NCBI GenBank assembly: GCA_001792305.1
Contig: MGGH01000023.1
Span: 34,347-98,346, forward strand
Direction: 5' to 3'
DNA from: Candidatus Woesebacteria bacterium RIFCSPHIGHO2_01_FULL_39_23
Lineage (GTDB): Bacteria > Patescibacteriota > Microgenomatia > UBA8517
DNA: 64,000 bases
The translations under genes and the position numbers were made by a program. The notes beneath the pieces are model-generated. The model saw nothing but the letters and a program-made list of their open reading frames with translations, had not been told where the DNA came from and ran no database searches. Within the stretch, counting starts at the first letter, position 1; each line of letters opens with the position of its first letter. Below are positions 28,542-36,825 of the stretch, piece by piece.

Positions 28542-29063
28542 TTACAAGACTAGTGCAATTGCAAAGATGAGAAGTAATCCTCCAAGGCCTATGCCGACCA
28601 AGGTTGGTAAACCGACTCCCGCTTGAGGCAATTCTGGTTGACTGGTTGGGCTTTGGGATGGCGCACTTGTACTCGGTGTTGATGTCGAGCTACTTGTAGG
28701 AGTTGATGTTGACGAACTCGTTGGTGTTGCGGTTGATGAACCGGTGGGTGTACTTGTTGGTGTGTCTGTAGGTGTACTCGTCGGCGTGCCAGTTGGTGTC
28801 GCAGTTGGCGAACTGGTGGATGTACCTGTCGGTGTAGGAGTAGCAATTGTAAATGTCAATTTTGTACAAGATCCGTATTCACACGGAGTTGATGTTGGCG
28901 AGCCTGTTTCCGCATGGGGCTCGCTGGATGGTGCAGTGGGTGCAACAGGCACGCTACGGAGTTGATAAAGCCTTATAGCAGTAAAAATTGCAACACCAGC
29001 CAAGACAATAGTTGCAATTGTGATCGCGAAAGTCAATCCGTTTTTCTTTATAAAGTCCTTCAT
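28542..29063 (-). CDS. Pro/Thr/Ser-rich (mucin-like) cell-surface protein with an N-terminal TM helix and a C-terminal LPQAG-plus-hydrophobic tail
   Basis: About 100 aa of (S/T)PT repeats (TPTGTSTSSPTATPTGTPTSTPTDTPTSTPT...), then ELPQAGVGLPTLVGIGLGGLLLIFAIALVL. Confidence 0.6.
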   Translation of the reverse strand: MKDFIKKNGLTFAITIATIVLAGVAIFTAIRLYQLRSVPVAPTAPSSEPHAETGSPTSTPCEYGSCTKLTFTIATPTPTGTSTSSPTATPTGTPTSTPTDTPTSTPTGSSTATPTSSSTSTPTSSSTSTPSTSAPSQSPTSQPELPQAGVGLPTLVGIGLGGLLLIFAIALVL

Positions 29064-29084
29064 TTTATATCAAAATTCTCTCAA

Positions 29085-30764
29085 CTACATCCACTGATCT
29101 AATTCATTATGATGAACTTGTGCGTTAACTTCAAAGCTATATGTATTGTCTGGCACTTCATATGAATAGTAAAATTCCTCGCTTCCGGGCTTTTTACTGG
29201 TTACTTCTGTATCCCAAGTGTTTGAATTTACTCTAAATCTGGCTTTATCTATAGTTCCCGAAGATGTGGTGCCCAAAACAGTGAAGTACACTTTATCTCC
29301 TTTTTTAAGATTCGAAAGATCAGCGCTTGTCAGAGCTTCCCAATTTGAAGGATCAGTTACACTTCCCGTAACCGAGTAAGCTTTGATGTCCACACATTGA
29401 GCGTTAATGCAGGTAATTGGGGTAGCCGTAGGTGTTGGAGTCGCTTCCTGCTTTTTAACACAAACATTGAAATTCGAACTGTCTCCGCCGTTATCAAAAA
29501 TCATCTGGGTTGCAGTTTTATCCAACTTCTGGGAAGCCCATTTATTACCACCCGTTACTGTTAAACTTATGCCGTTTATTGACCACGGTTGCTCTCCTGA
29601 TTTGGGGTCGTTATCAAAAATCAAAGCTGTGTCGAGAAGCACAGAACTTGGAAAGTCGACAGTGATCTTTTTACAATATTGTGCCAAGAGTACCCCGTTT
29701 TTGGAGATTACAGTACATGATCCTTGCTGTGAACTTATTGTGCCTCCCTGGGCAACAGTACCCCCAACACGCAGTTGTTGTCCTAAATTAGAGAATAACA
29801 ATTCAGTACCAGATGGGCAGGAAAGATTTGGAGTCGAAGTTGGAGTCGGTGACGGTGTACCACAGTTGGATGGGTAATGCTCTCCTTTTATTCTACCTTG
29901 GCCTGACACATCTATATACATAAGTGTTACATTGGGCGTTAGATCTCCTTGCCAGTTCTGACTTGCAGATTCACCTGGGCCAAGACTAAATTCCTTTTTA
30001 AAGTAGGGGTCAAACTGTTCAAATATACCGCTTATTTTATGATTATCATTGTCATCATTGTCATTATTATTATCATCATCGTCATCATCCGATGTGTTTT
30101 TAATAAAAGCTCCGCTGCAATCTATCCGCGTCTCGTATTTAGGAGGTTTTGGAGTTTCTTTCGGTCCGTAAGTTCCACTGTCGCTGCAATCTTTAGAGCC
30201 AATTACTTGCCAGCTAAAACCGTTGTCAGGGACAGAAACGTTACCTAAAGTTGATTCTTCGTCTGATTTCAAATTTGGTACATCAAAAGTAGCGACCTCA
30301 ACTGAATTTATAAAAACTTTAGCTTTTTGCAGTGGCTCGTCCATACTAGAGTCATTTTTGACAGTAACAACCCCGTCTTGACTGACCCTGAAATTATATT
30401 TTTCGCAGTCCCAGGCGCTTGTGCGAAACTGGGTGGGCTGGCGTACAAGAACAACCCCAGCGCCAACACCAAGGACCAATAGTGCTATTCCAAGAATTGT
30501 CGCAATTATCCTTCCACTTGAACTACGACTACGCCCACCGGAGGTGGAGCCTGAGCCCTCGGCAATTACTGTGTGATTGTCAATAAGTGGAGGCGACTCT
30601 TCAATTGGGATATTGGGTTTAGACAAAGGTGTTACCGTACCTTGGCTTTGGCTTAAGGTTTTGTCAGCTGGTTGGGTCGGGTTACTTTGGGGTAGTGGGG
30701 GTGGAGCCATAAAATCAGCGCCATTCTGATTCTGATCACTTGGACTTGTTATTTTTGGGTCCAT
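29085..30764 (-). CDS. Large surface-anchored hypothetical protein with an Asp/Asn-rich tract
   Basis: Pro-rich N-terminus, one TM helix (IIATILGIALLVLGVGAGVVLV), an extracellular body, and DDDDDNNNDNDDNDN. Confidence 0.5.
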   Translation of the reverse strand: MDPKITSPSDQNQNGADFMAPPPLPQSNPTQPADKTLSQSQGTVTPLSKPNIPIEESPPLIDNHTVIAEGSGSTSGGRSRSSSGRIIATILGIALLVLGVGAGVVLVRQPTQFRTSAWDCEKYNFRVSQDGVVTVKNDSSMDEPLQKAKVFINSVEVATFDVPNLKSDEESTLGNVSVPDNGFSWQVIGSKDCSDSGTYGPKETPKPPKYETRIDCSGAFIKNTSDDDDDDNNNDNDDNDNHKISGIFEQFDPYFKKEFSLGPGESASQNWQGDLTPNVTLMYIDVSGQGRIKGEHYPSNCGTPSPTPTSTPNLSCPSGTELLFSNLGQQLRVGGTVAQGGTISSQQGSCTVISKNGVLLAQYCKKITVDFPSSVLLDTALIFDNDPKSGEQPWSINGISLTVTGGNKWASQKLDKTATQMIFDNGGDSSNFNVCVKKQEATPTPTATPITCINAQCVDIKAYSVTGSVTDPSNWEALTSADLSNLKKGDKVYFTVLGTTSSGTIDKARFRVNSNTWDTEVTSKKPGSEEFYYSYEVPDNTYSFEVNAQVHHNELDQWM

Positions 30765-31816
30765 TATTCTCTTATCTTTCTACCCACATAAACACCTATT
30801 AAAAATAGGCTTACTCCCATGATAGGGGCGACAAAAACTGGTGTCAAGTCGCTTAAAGTTTTATTTTTACTACTGGAATCTGTTTTTGAGGGTGTTATTA
30901 ATGTATAAGAGTTATCGCTGGTTGTAAGCTTTTCGAAAACAGGCTCTGTTGTGGGAGTTGTTGTTGACTCGGGTATCTCCAAAGTCTCAATTTCGTTGTC
31001 CGAGTTCTCGACGGAAAACCCTGAAGGTTGGGTTTCATTTTTTGAAAGATCAATTTTTGCTCTTGTGATTTCGAGTGTTGGCGAAGTCGATTTGTCCCTA
31101 AAATCTTGTGCTTTACCAATGACAATGGGTGGAATTGGGTTTGCATTGCCGGTGTAGAAAACGGCTGAGGCAATTCCATCGCTACCTGTGTGGACAAAGA
31201 CTTCAAGTGTCCTTCTGGAACCGATGTCAAAATATGAAAGTAGATCTTGTTTTCTTGATATAGATAAGGGAATAAACCAGTTACCATTATCGGTGGTAAT
31301 AGTCGAAAGAGGGCTAATATTTTCTCCAGACAAAAGAACCAAGGCCTTTGATACTGGAGCGCCGTTTTCGTTAATGACAGATCCCGATATTATCTCGGTA
31401 TGTTTGGGTGGGGGAAGCGGGGGGGCAGTTTTTACTTCCCAAGATTTCCCGGCGCTATCGAATTCAATGTCTCCTGAAACTATTTTAAATGAGTACATGG
31501 TGTCTGGCGACAAATTGTTGATGGTGATAAAATGCACCATTTCAAATGTAGGAGGGTTGTTTCCTGTTACATTTTCCAACGTATTTTCTTTTCCCCAAAC
31601 CAAAAACCCGCTGGTTTTTGCGTTAGTTAACCATGACACTGTGAAAGAGCTGTCTGTGATGTTTGTGATCCTTATATCTTGTGCGGTGACACCCTCGCCT
31701 ACTTTAGTAGTATAGCCTTGAAGATATTTAATAAGGAGCGCTATCCCTACAAAAGTAACGAACATGATTGGTAACGCCAAAATAGTTGGGATTTTAAATG
31801 GCCCTTTCTTTTTCAT
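30764..31816 (-). CDS. Surface protein with FN3-like and carboxypeptidase-regulatory-like domains, TM helices at both ends
   Basis: ITDSSFTVSWLT is FN3-like. ISGSVINENGAPVSKALVLL is CarbPepD_reg-like. N- and C-terminal hydrophobic helices. Confidence 0.45.
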   Translation of the reverse strand: MKKKGPFKIPTILALPIMFVTFVGIALLIKYLQGYTTKVGEGVTAQDIRITNITDSSFTVSWLTNAKTSGFLVWGKENTLENVTGNNPPTFEMVHFITINNLSPDTMYSFKIVSGDIEFDSAGKSWEVKTAPPLPPPKHTEIISGSVINENGAPVSKALVLLSGENISPLSTITTDNGNWFIPLSISRKQDLLSYFDIGSRRTLEVFVHTGSDGIASAVFYTGNANPIPPIVIGKAQDFRDKSTSPTLEITRAKIDLSKNETQPSGFSVENSDNEIETLEIPESTTTPTTEPVFEKLTTSDNSYTLITPSKTDSSSKNKTLSDLTPVFVAPIMGVSLFLIGVYVGRKIRE

Positions 31817-31822
31817 TAGTAG

Positions 31823-32116
31823 TTAGGATACCTCCGTGTTTTCCTGCTCTTCTGTTGTTGGTGGTTCAGGAGTTGGTTTTGGTTGTGGTTTGAAGACATT
31901 AAGCTCATCTTCGTTTAGGTAAACTCTTTTTTCAAGCTTGTCAAGTAATAAGGTATCTAAAGTCGGATTAAGTGACTCGAGAACCTGGGGCGGTACATCC
32001 GGCTCCGGCTTGGATATTACAATTCTAACAACTTCGAATCCCACCCAAAGAATTGTTGTGATAAGCGTTAGTGCCATAATTGTGACAAGCCCTGGCACTT
32101 TTATTCTTTTTCTCAT
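31823..32116 (-). CDS. Small bitopic membrane protein with a Pro-rich tail
   Basis: 97 aa with one TM helix. Overlaps the upstream PilO-like gene by 4 nt. Confidence 0.35.
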   Translation of the reverse strand: MRKRIKVPGLVTIMALTLITTILWVGFEVVRIVISKPEPDVPPQVLESLNPTLDTLLLDKLEKRVYLNEDELNVFKPQPKPTPEPPTTEEQENTEVS

Positions 32117-32784
32117 TCTTTTACCCCTTCTCCCTCAAATGCTACGCGGCCTTTTAGCATCAAAGATCTTGTGCTACCCTCGTCAGTTTCGATCAGAATT
32201 AAATTTGTTTCGTCTATCCAGATTGGTCTTCGAAGATTTTCGATATTCTCAAGAAAAGCGATTAGTTGGGAATAGTTACCATTAGCTGAGCTTGAGAATG
32301 AAAATCCACTAGACCCGGGTGGAAGTTCTTCAAGCTCTTCGGTTTTTGATTTCTGGACCGGCTTCTGGGCCCCTTTTATTGTGGTTTCCTCGATTTTGAG
32401 GTTGGTGAGAAGCACATTGCTTTTTAACGATATTGATTCGATTTGTCTCACATATTTTTCAACCTCTGTGTTTTTAGGAACACTGTCATCGAGAAGCAGA
32501 ATCCTGTCGATTTGTTGATTATAAAGATTTTGCGCCTGGTCAAGGTTATCTCTTTTTCTTTTGAGAGTTTCTAAAGTTTCTTCTTTGGTGCTGATATCTT
32601 TAAGTATATGGGTGATGGTAATAATTGTTGGTCTTAAAGCAAAGGCCACAAAAAAAGTTATTGTTGCCAGAGATAGGATTATTTCTAAGAATGCTTTAAC
32701 ATCGTCTCTGTTTTTGTATACTGCAAAGAGATTCGAGAAATAGCGCTGGTATCTTACGTAGTCCTTTCGCCAGCCTACAGCCAT
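32113..32784 (-). CDS. pilO: Type IV pilus assembly protein PilO-like
   Basis: Bitopic with a coiled-coil periplasmic domain. Immediately follows pilN with adjacent stop and start. Confidence 0.45.
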   Translation of the reverse strand: MAVGWRKDYVRYQRYFSNLFAVYKNRDDVKAFLEIILSLATITFFVAFALRPTIITITHILKDISTKEETLETLKRKRDNLDQAQNLYNQQIDRILLLDDSVPKNTEVEKYVRQIESISLKSNVLLTNLKIEETTIKGAQKPVQKSKTEELEELPPGSSGFSFSSSANGNYSQLIAFLENIENLRRPIWIDETNLILIETDEGSTRSLMLKGRVAFEGEGVKE

Positions 32785-33345
32785 TTAAATGTTTTCCTCC
32801 TTTTTAATTTTTGAACTGATTGAAAAATCTATAAATGGAGACTCTTGCTTGGATGATATTTGTGTAAGGTTAATCTCTGTTAATTTGCTTGTGGAGTTCA
32901 GATTTGAAATAAACTGGGCGATTGATTGCTCTGTAAAACTTGAGCCCTGGATGTCGATTTCCCCTCTTGATATTGAAATACTTTTAAGCAGAATATCTGA
33001 TGGGAGGTATGGTGTAATATAGTTCTTGATTGTATCGGAATGTAGGGGACTTGTGGTAAATTGTGCAAACACTCCCAGTCTTTTTTGTGTATTCCTGAAA
33101 ACCGCTTCGAAATCACTGTAGGATTCAACTATTTCTCTTTCGTTATCTACCTCGTCTGTTAAGTCGTTTGATTTTATATCAAGCCAAAACCTAGATAAAA
33201 AAGCAATGATGACTATCATTTCGGTCAGGATAACAATCATTCTGAAGGTAGAAAGCACCCAAGCTAGAACACGGCCGGTTGTTGATGCGGCAAATTGTTC
33301 TTGGGGGAGTAAGTTTATTTCTTTGTTTTTTTTACGAGCAGCCAT
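32785..33345 (-). CDS. pilN: Type IV pilus assembly protein PilN
   Basis: Conserved N-terminal INLLP motif (KEINLLPQE) followed by a TM helix. Confidence 0.55.
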   Translation of the reverse strand: MAARKKNKEINLLPQEQFAASTTGRVLAWVLSTFRMIVILTEMIVIIAFLSRFWLDIKSNDLTDEVDNEREIVESYSDFEAVFRNTQKRLGVFAQFTTSPLHSDTIKNYITPYLPSDILLKSISISRGEIDIQGSSFTEQSIAQFISNLNSTSKLTEINLTQISSKQESPFIDFSISSKIKKEENI

Positions 33346-33485
33346 ACTCTAGATCTCAATATAACACATGGTAGATCAGGAAATATACTCTTCTTACTCG
33401 AGTTTACAACTCTCGTAAGAGATTATGATCCCCAATTTTACTATTATTAACTTCAAGTTAAGGTAAAATTGGTATAAATGAAGAG

Positions 33486-33776
33486 TTATTTCTTTTTGGA
33501 ATTTTTAGTTTTTTGGGGAAGAGATTTTTTAACCCTCGGCTTTCTGGGTAGTAGTCTGGACAAAGAAGATTTCATACGTGCTGCCTTATTTTTGTGAATA
33601 ATATGTTTTTTTGCTGTGCGGTCGATCGTCGACACCGCAGCGATAATATCCTTTTCTTTCTTACTCTTTTGCGCAACCCGCAGTAAGACTTCAAGTTTTG
33701 TGACTAATTTTTTGTTAATGTTTTCTTTTCTTTTACTGGATCGCTGCGCCCTTTTGGCCGTTTTAGTTACAGGCAT
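33486..33776 (-). CDS. rpsT: 30S ribosomal protein S20. The track ORF extends to 33842; the true start is the internal Met.
   Basis: MPVTKTAKRAQRSSKRKE...HIIHKNKAARMKSSLSRLL. Confidence 0.8.
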   Translation of the reverse strand: MPVTKTAKRAQRSSKRKENINKKLVTKLEVLLRVAQKSKKEKDIIAAVSTIDRTAKKHIIHKNKAARMKSSLSRLLPRKPRVKKSLPQKTKNSKKK

Positions 33777-33812
33777 GAGTGAAGTATAATTCAAGGAAGG
33801 TTTTATTTCAAT

Positions 33813-35540
33813 ATGAACACGATACTTAAAAAAGGAAAGCAAATTCTTCTCTCACAGCAGTCCAGTGTGATCTCTGCTGCCAGTGTTATCATGCTGATGG
33901 TTGTCGCCTCAAGAATATTGGGTTTAGTTCGCCAAAGAGTTCTGGCACACTTCTTCTTGCCCGAGGAACTTTCATTGTTTTTTGCTGCATTTAGACTTCC
34001 TGATCTTCTTTTTGAAGTGTTGGTTTTTGGGACATTCTCCTCAGCGTTTATTCCAGTTTTTACCAAGTCGTTAAAAAAAGGAGACACCCTTGCTTGGGAC
34101 ATAGCGGGACGAGTGGTTAATATTGGTCTGGTTATCTTCATCCCGATAGCTATTATTTTTTCTTTTAACGCAGAGGCAATATATTCATATGTTGCTCCGG
34201 GATTTTCAGTTGAAGAGATACAAATAATAGCATCCATTGCCAGAGTATTGTTCGCTGCACAAGCCTTTTTTGTGGTTAGCTACGTATTAACTGGGGTACT
34301 CGAGTCTCTAAGAATTTTTTTAGTACCTGCTTTGGCGCCGGTTTTTTATAATCTTGGGATAATAGCTGGAACTGTGCTTTTTACCAATAGTTTGGGGCTT
34401 TTTGCTCCGGCAGTTGGTGTGCTTCTTGGAGCAGCCTCACATTTTTTTGTCCAGCTTCCAGCCTCAGTTAAGTTAGGTTTTCGATTTAGTAATCAAGTGC
34501 GACCAAATGATGAAGTCAGAAAAATCGGGCGGCTTGCTTTACCTCGTGTAGTCGATCTTTCTTTCCAGCAAGTAGCCAAAACTGTTGAGCTTTATTTTGC
34601 GTCGCTTATCTCAACAGCTTCCTACACTTATTTTACTTTTGCAAATACTTTACAGCTACTGCCTGTTGGACTTTTTGGAATATCAATTGCAAAGGCAGCG
34701 CTCCCTACCCTTTCAAGAATAGAAAATGATAGTGCGGAGTTTAAAAAGACTTTGTTTTCAATATTTAACCAAATGATATTTTTGATCACCCCTTTTGCCA
34801 CAATGTTAATAATAATAAGGATTCCTTTTGTTCGCTTAGTTTATGGTACAGATATTTTCGGTTGGGAGGCTACAGTGCAGACCGGAATGGTTCTGTCGTC
34901 TTTTGGTGTGGGGGTGGTTTTTCAAGCAGCTGTTGCCCTTTTGTCAAGAGCTTTCTATGCACTCCATGACACGAAGACTCCTGTGGTTGCTTCAGTTATT
35001 AGTATTTTTTTTAATGTTTTTGCAAGTTTTTATTTTATTAAAATCTTAAAATTTGAAGTCTGGTCGTTAGCCTTGTCATTCTCGCTCTCAATGATATTGC
35101 AGACCGTTTTACTCTTTTACCTTTTGGTAAAAAAGGTTAATCATACAGACTGGAAAAAGCTTTTTATACCTTTATCTAAAATTTTTGCCGCCGCGTCTAT
35201 TTCCGGATTTGTAATGTATTTTCTGCTCAAGTTTTTTGACCGTTACACTTGGGTAAAAAGGCTTTCATTTTTGGAAAGAATTGATGCGGAGTCTATTGCT
35301 TTTGAAAAGTTCGTTTTGGATACCCGTTACACGTTAAATCTTTTATTTTTGACGGTAGCGGTTGGGCTTATAGGATTTATTGTTTATATTTTTGTTTCCT
35401 GGATTTTGAAATCTCAAGAACTTAAAGTCTTTGTTAGCCTGGCTAGAAAGTTCACACTCAAAAGTACTGCTTTTTTGTCAGGTGCTTCAATGCCTCCCAA
35501 GGAACAGGAACCTATTACAAGTACAGATAGTGACTCTTGA
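33813..35540 (+). CDS. murJ: Lipid II flippase MurJ (MviN)
   Basis: ASRILGLVRQRVLAHFFLPEELSLFFAAFRLPDLLFEVLVFGTFSSAFIPVF is the MurJ N-terminal signature. 14 TM helices. Confidence 0.85.
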   Translation: MNTILKKGKQILLSQQSSVISAASVIMLMVVASRILGLVRQRVLAHFFLPEELSLFFAAFRLPDLLFEVLVFGTFSSAFIPVFTKSLKKGDTLAWDIAGRVVNIGLVIFIPIAIIFSFNAEAIYSYVAPGFSVEEIQIIASIARVLFAAQAFFVVSYVLTGVLESLRIFLVPALAPVFYNLGIIAGTVLFTNSLGLFAPAVGVLLGAASHFFVQLPASVKLGFRFSNQVRPNDEVRKIGRLALPRVVDLSFQQVAKTVELYFASLISTASYTYFTFANTLQLLPVGLFGISIAKAALPTLSRIENDSAEFKKTLFSIFNQMIFLITPFATMLIIIRIPFVRLVYGTDIFGWEATVQTGMVLSSFGVGVVFQAAVALLSRAFYALHDTKTPVVASVISIFFNVFASFYFIKILKFEVWSLALSFSLSMILQTVLLFYLLVKKVNHTDWKKLFIPLSKIFAAASISGFVMYFLLKFFDRYTWVKRLSFLERIDAESIAFEKFVLDTRYTLNLLFLTVAVGLIGFIVYIFVSWILKSQELKVFVSLARKFTLKSTAFLSGASMPPKEQEPITSTDSDS

Positions 35541-35547
35541 CAACTAG

Positions 35548-35574
35548 TTAGCACTCGTGATATATAAGTGCTAA
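35548..35574 (+). promoter_or_regulatory. CIRCE operator (HrcA binding site) upstream of hrcA
   Basis: TTAGCACTC-gtgatatat-AAGTGCTAA, one mismatch from the consensus TTAGCACTC-N9-GAGTGCTAA. Confidence 0.85.
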
Positions 35575-35611
35575 CCCTTCGGCTAACGCTCAGGGTAAAT
35601 TATATAATCAT

Positions 35612-36340
35612 ATGAAGGATAACCTGACGGTGAGGCAATTACAATTGCTTAAAGTTTTGATAGATGAGTATATCGAAACAGCTGAGCCTGTTGGTTCTCA
35701 AGTACTTGAAAAAAAGTACTCCCTTGGGATTTCTTCAGCCACAATCAGAAATGAGATGGCGGCTTTGATAGACAAAGGTTTCCTAAAGCAGCCTCACACA
35801 TCAGCGGGCCGCGTGCCGACTCCTAAAGCCATGAAGTTTTACATAGATCAGCTTATGGAAGAGAAACACTTGAGCCTGACAGACGAGGTCAGGGCAAAAG
35901 AAGAAATAGCTACCCACAAAGGTGATATTGAGGGGATAATTGATGAGGCTACGCATGGTTTGGCCAAGCGAACTCATACACTAGCTGTTTCCGCACTAAA
36001 CGATGGGAGTACTTGGCATGCGGGTTATGCCAGTTTATTTGGAAACCCCGGATTTTCAGATCTATCAGTTTGCAGGAGCGTCTTTGGACTGATTGAAGAA
36101 ACTAAAAAGATGCACGAGCTTTTCTTTGAAAGGCTTGAGTTTGAGTCTCCTGTTGAAGTTTTGTTTGGTGAGGAACTGGGGTGGAGATTTTTTGAGCCGG
36201 TGGGCGTAGTCGCCAGAAGGTTTAACGCAGGAGGAAAAACTGGCGCAATTGGAGTTATTGGCCCACTTGGGTTTGATTATCCGTATATAATACCGACTGT
36301 CAGATATTTTGGCGATCTGATTGAAGAGTTGTCCGTGTGA
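35612..36340 (+). CDS. hrcA: Heat-inducible transcription repressor HrcA
   Basis: RQLQLLKVLIDEYIETAEPVGSQVLEKKY...SSATIRNEMAALIDKGFLKQPHTSAGRVPT. Confidence 0.85.
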   Translation: MKDNLTVRQLQLLKVLIDEYIETAEPVGSQVLEKKYSLGISSATIRNEMAALIDKGFLKQPHTSAGRVPTPKAMKFYIDQLMEEKHLSLTDEVRAKEEIATHKGDIEGIIDEATHGLAKRTHTLAVSALNDGSTWHAGYASLFGNPGFSDLSVCRSVFGLIEETKKMHELFFERLEFESPVEVLFGEELGWRFFEPVGVVARRFNAGGKTGAIGVIGPLGFDYPYIIPTVRYFGDLIEELSV

Positions 36341-36825
36341 TGAAAAAAGACAAGATAAAAAACAAAGAAATAGTAGCGGAACTTAAGGGGCAACTAGCAA
36401 GAGCACTAGCAGATTACGACAACTTAAGAAAAAGGACTGAGGAAGAACGCCAGGCACTTTACAAGTATTCTAGCCAGAGAATAATAGCCAGGTTTTTGCC
36501 GCTTTTTGATATGTTTGAGGCTGCCCAGAATCACATTAACGATTCCGGATTAGCAATTGCGATTAAGGAATGTAGAGACCTGCTTAAAGAGGAAGGTGTT
36601 AATGAAATTCAGGCAGGAGAAGGAGAGCAATTTGATGAAAATACTCAAGATGTGGTAGAGGTTGTAGAAGGTGGTCAAAAGGGTAAAATTAAGGAAGTTG
36701 TTTTAAAAGGTTACAAATATAGCGACGGCTACATAATAAGGCATGCTAAAGTAAAAGTATATGGAGGTTTGACAGAAAAGCAAAAAGACGAGAATATAAA
36801 AAAGGAGGAAAAAAATAATGGGTAA
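36337..36825 (+). CDS. grpE: Nucleotide exchange factor GrpE
   Basis: [13 protein letters not shown]...[14 protein letters not shown]. Confidence 0.85.
   Translation: MMKKDKIKNKEIVAELKGQLARALADYDNLRKRTEEERQALYKYSSQRIIARFLPLFDMFEAAQNHINDSGLAIAIKECRDLLKEEGVNEIQAGEGEQFDENTQDVVEVVEGGQKGKIKEVVLKGYKYSDGYIIRHAKVKVYGGLTEKQKDENIKKEEKNNG

Noticed and set aside
28589-28965. ORFs on both strands (85 aa and 73 aa) inside the PT-repeat region
   Set aside because: They are produced by the repetitive codon structure of the PT-rich gene. The reverse-strand 173-aa frame with TM helices at both ends is the coherent one.
33346-33485. Inverted repeat tcttactcgag...ctctcgtaaga downstream of rpsT
   Set aside because: It is a plausible rpsT terminator but an imperfect stem with a weak U-tract, so I did not list it as a feature.
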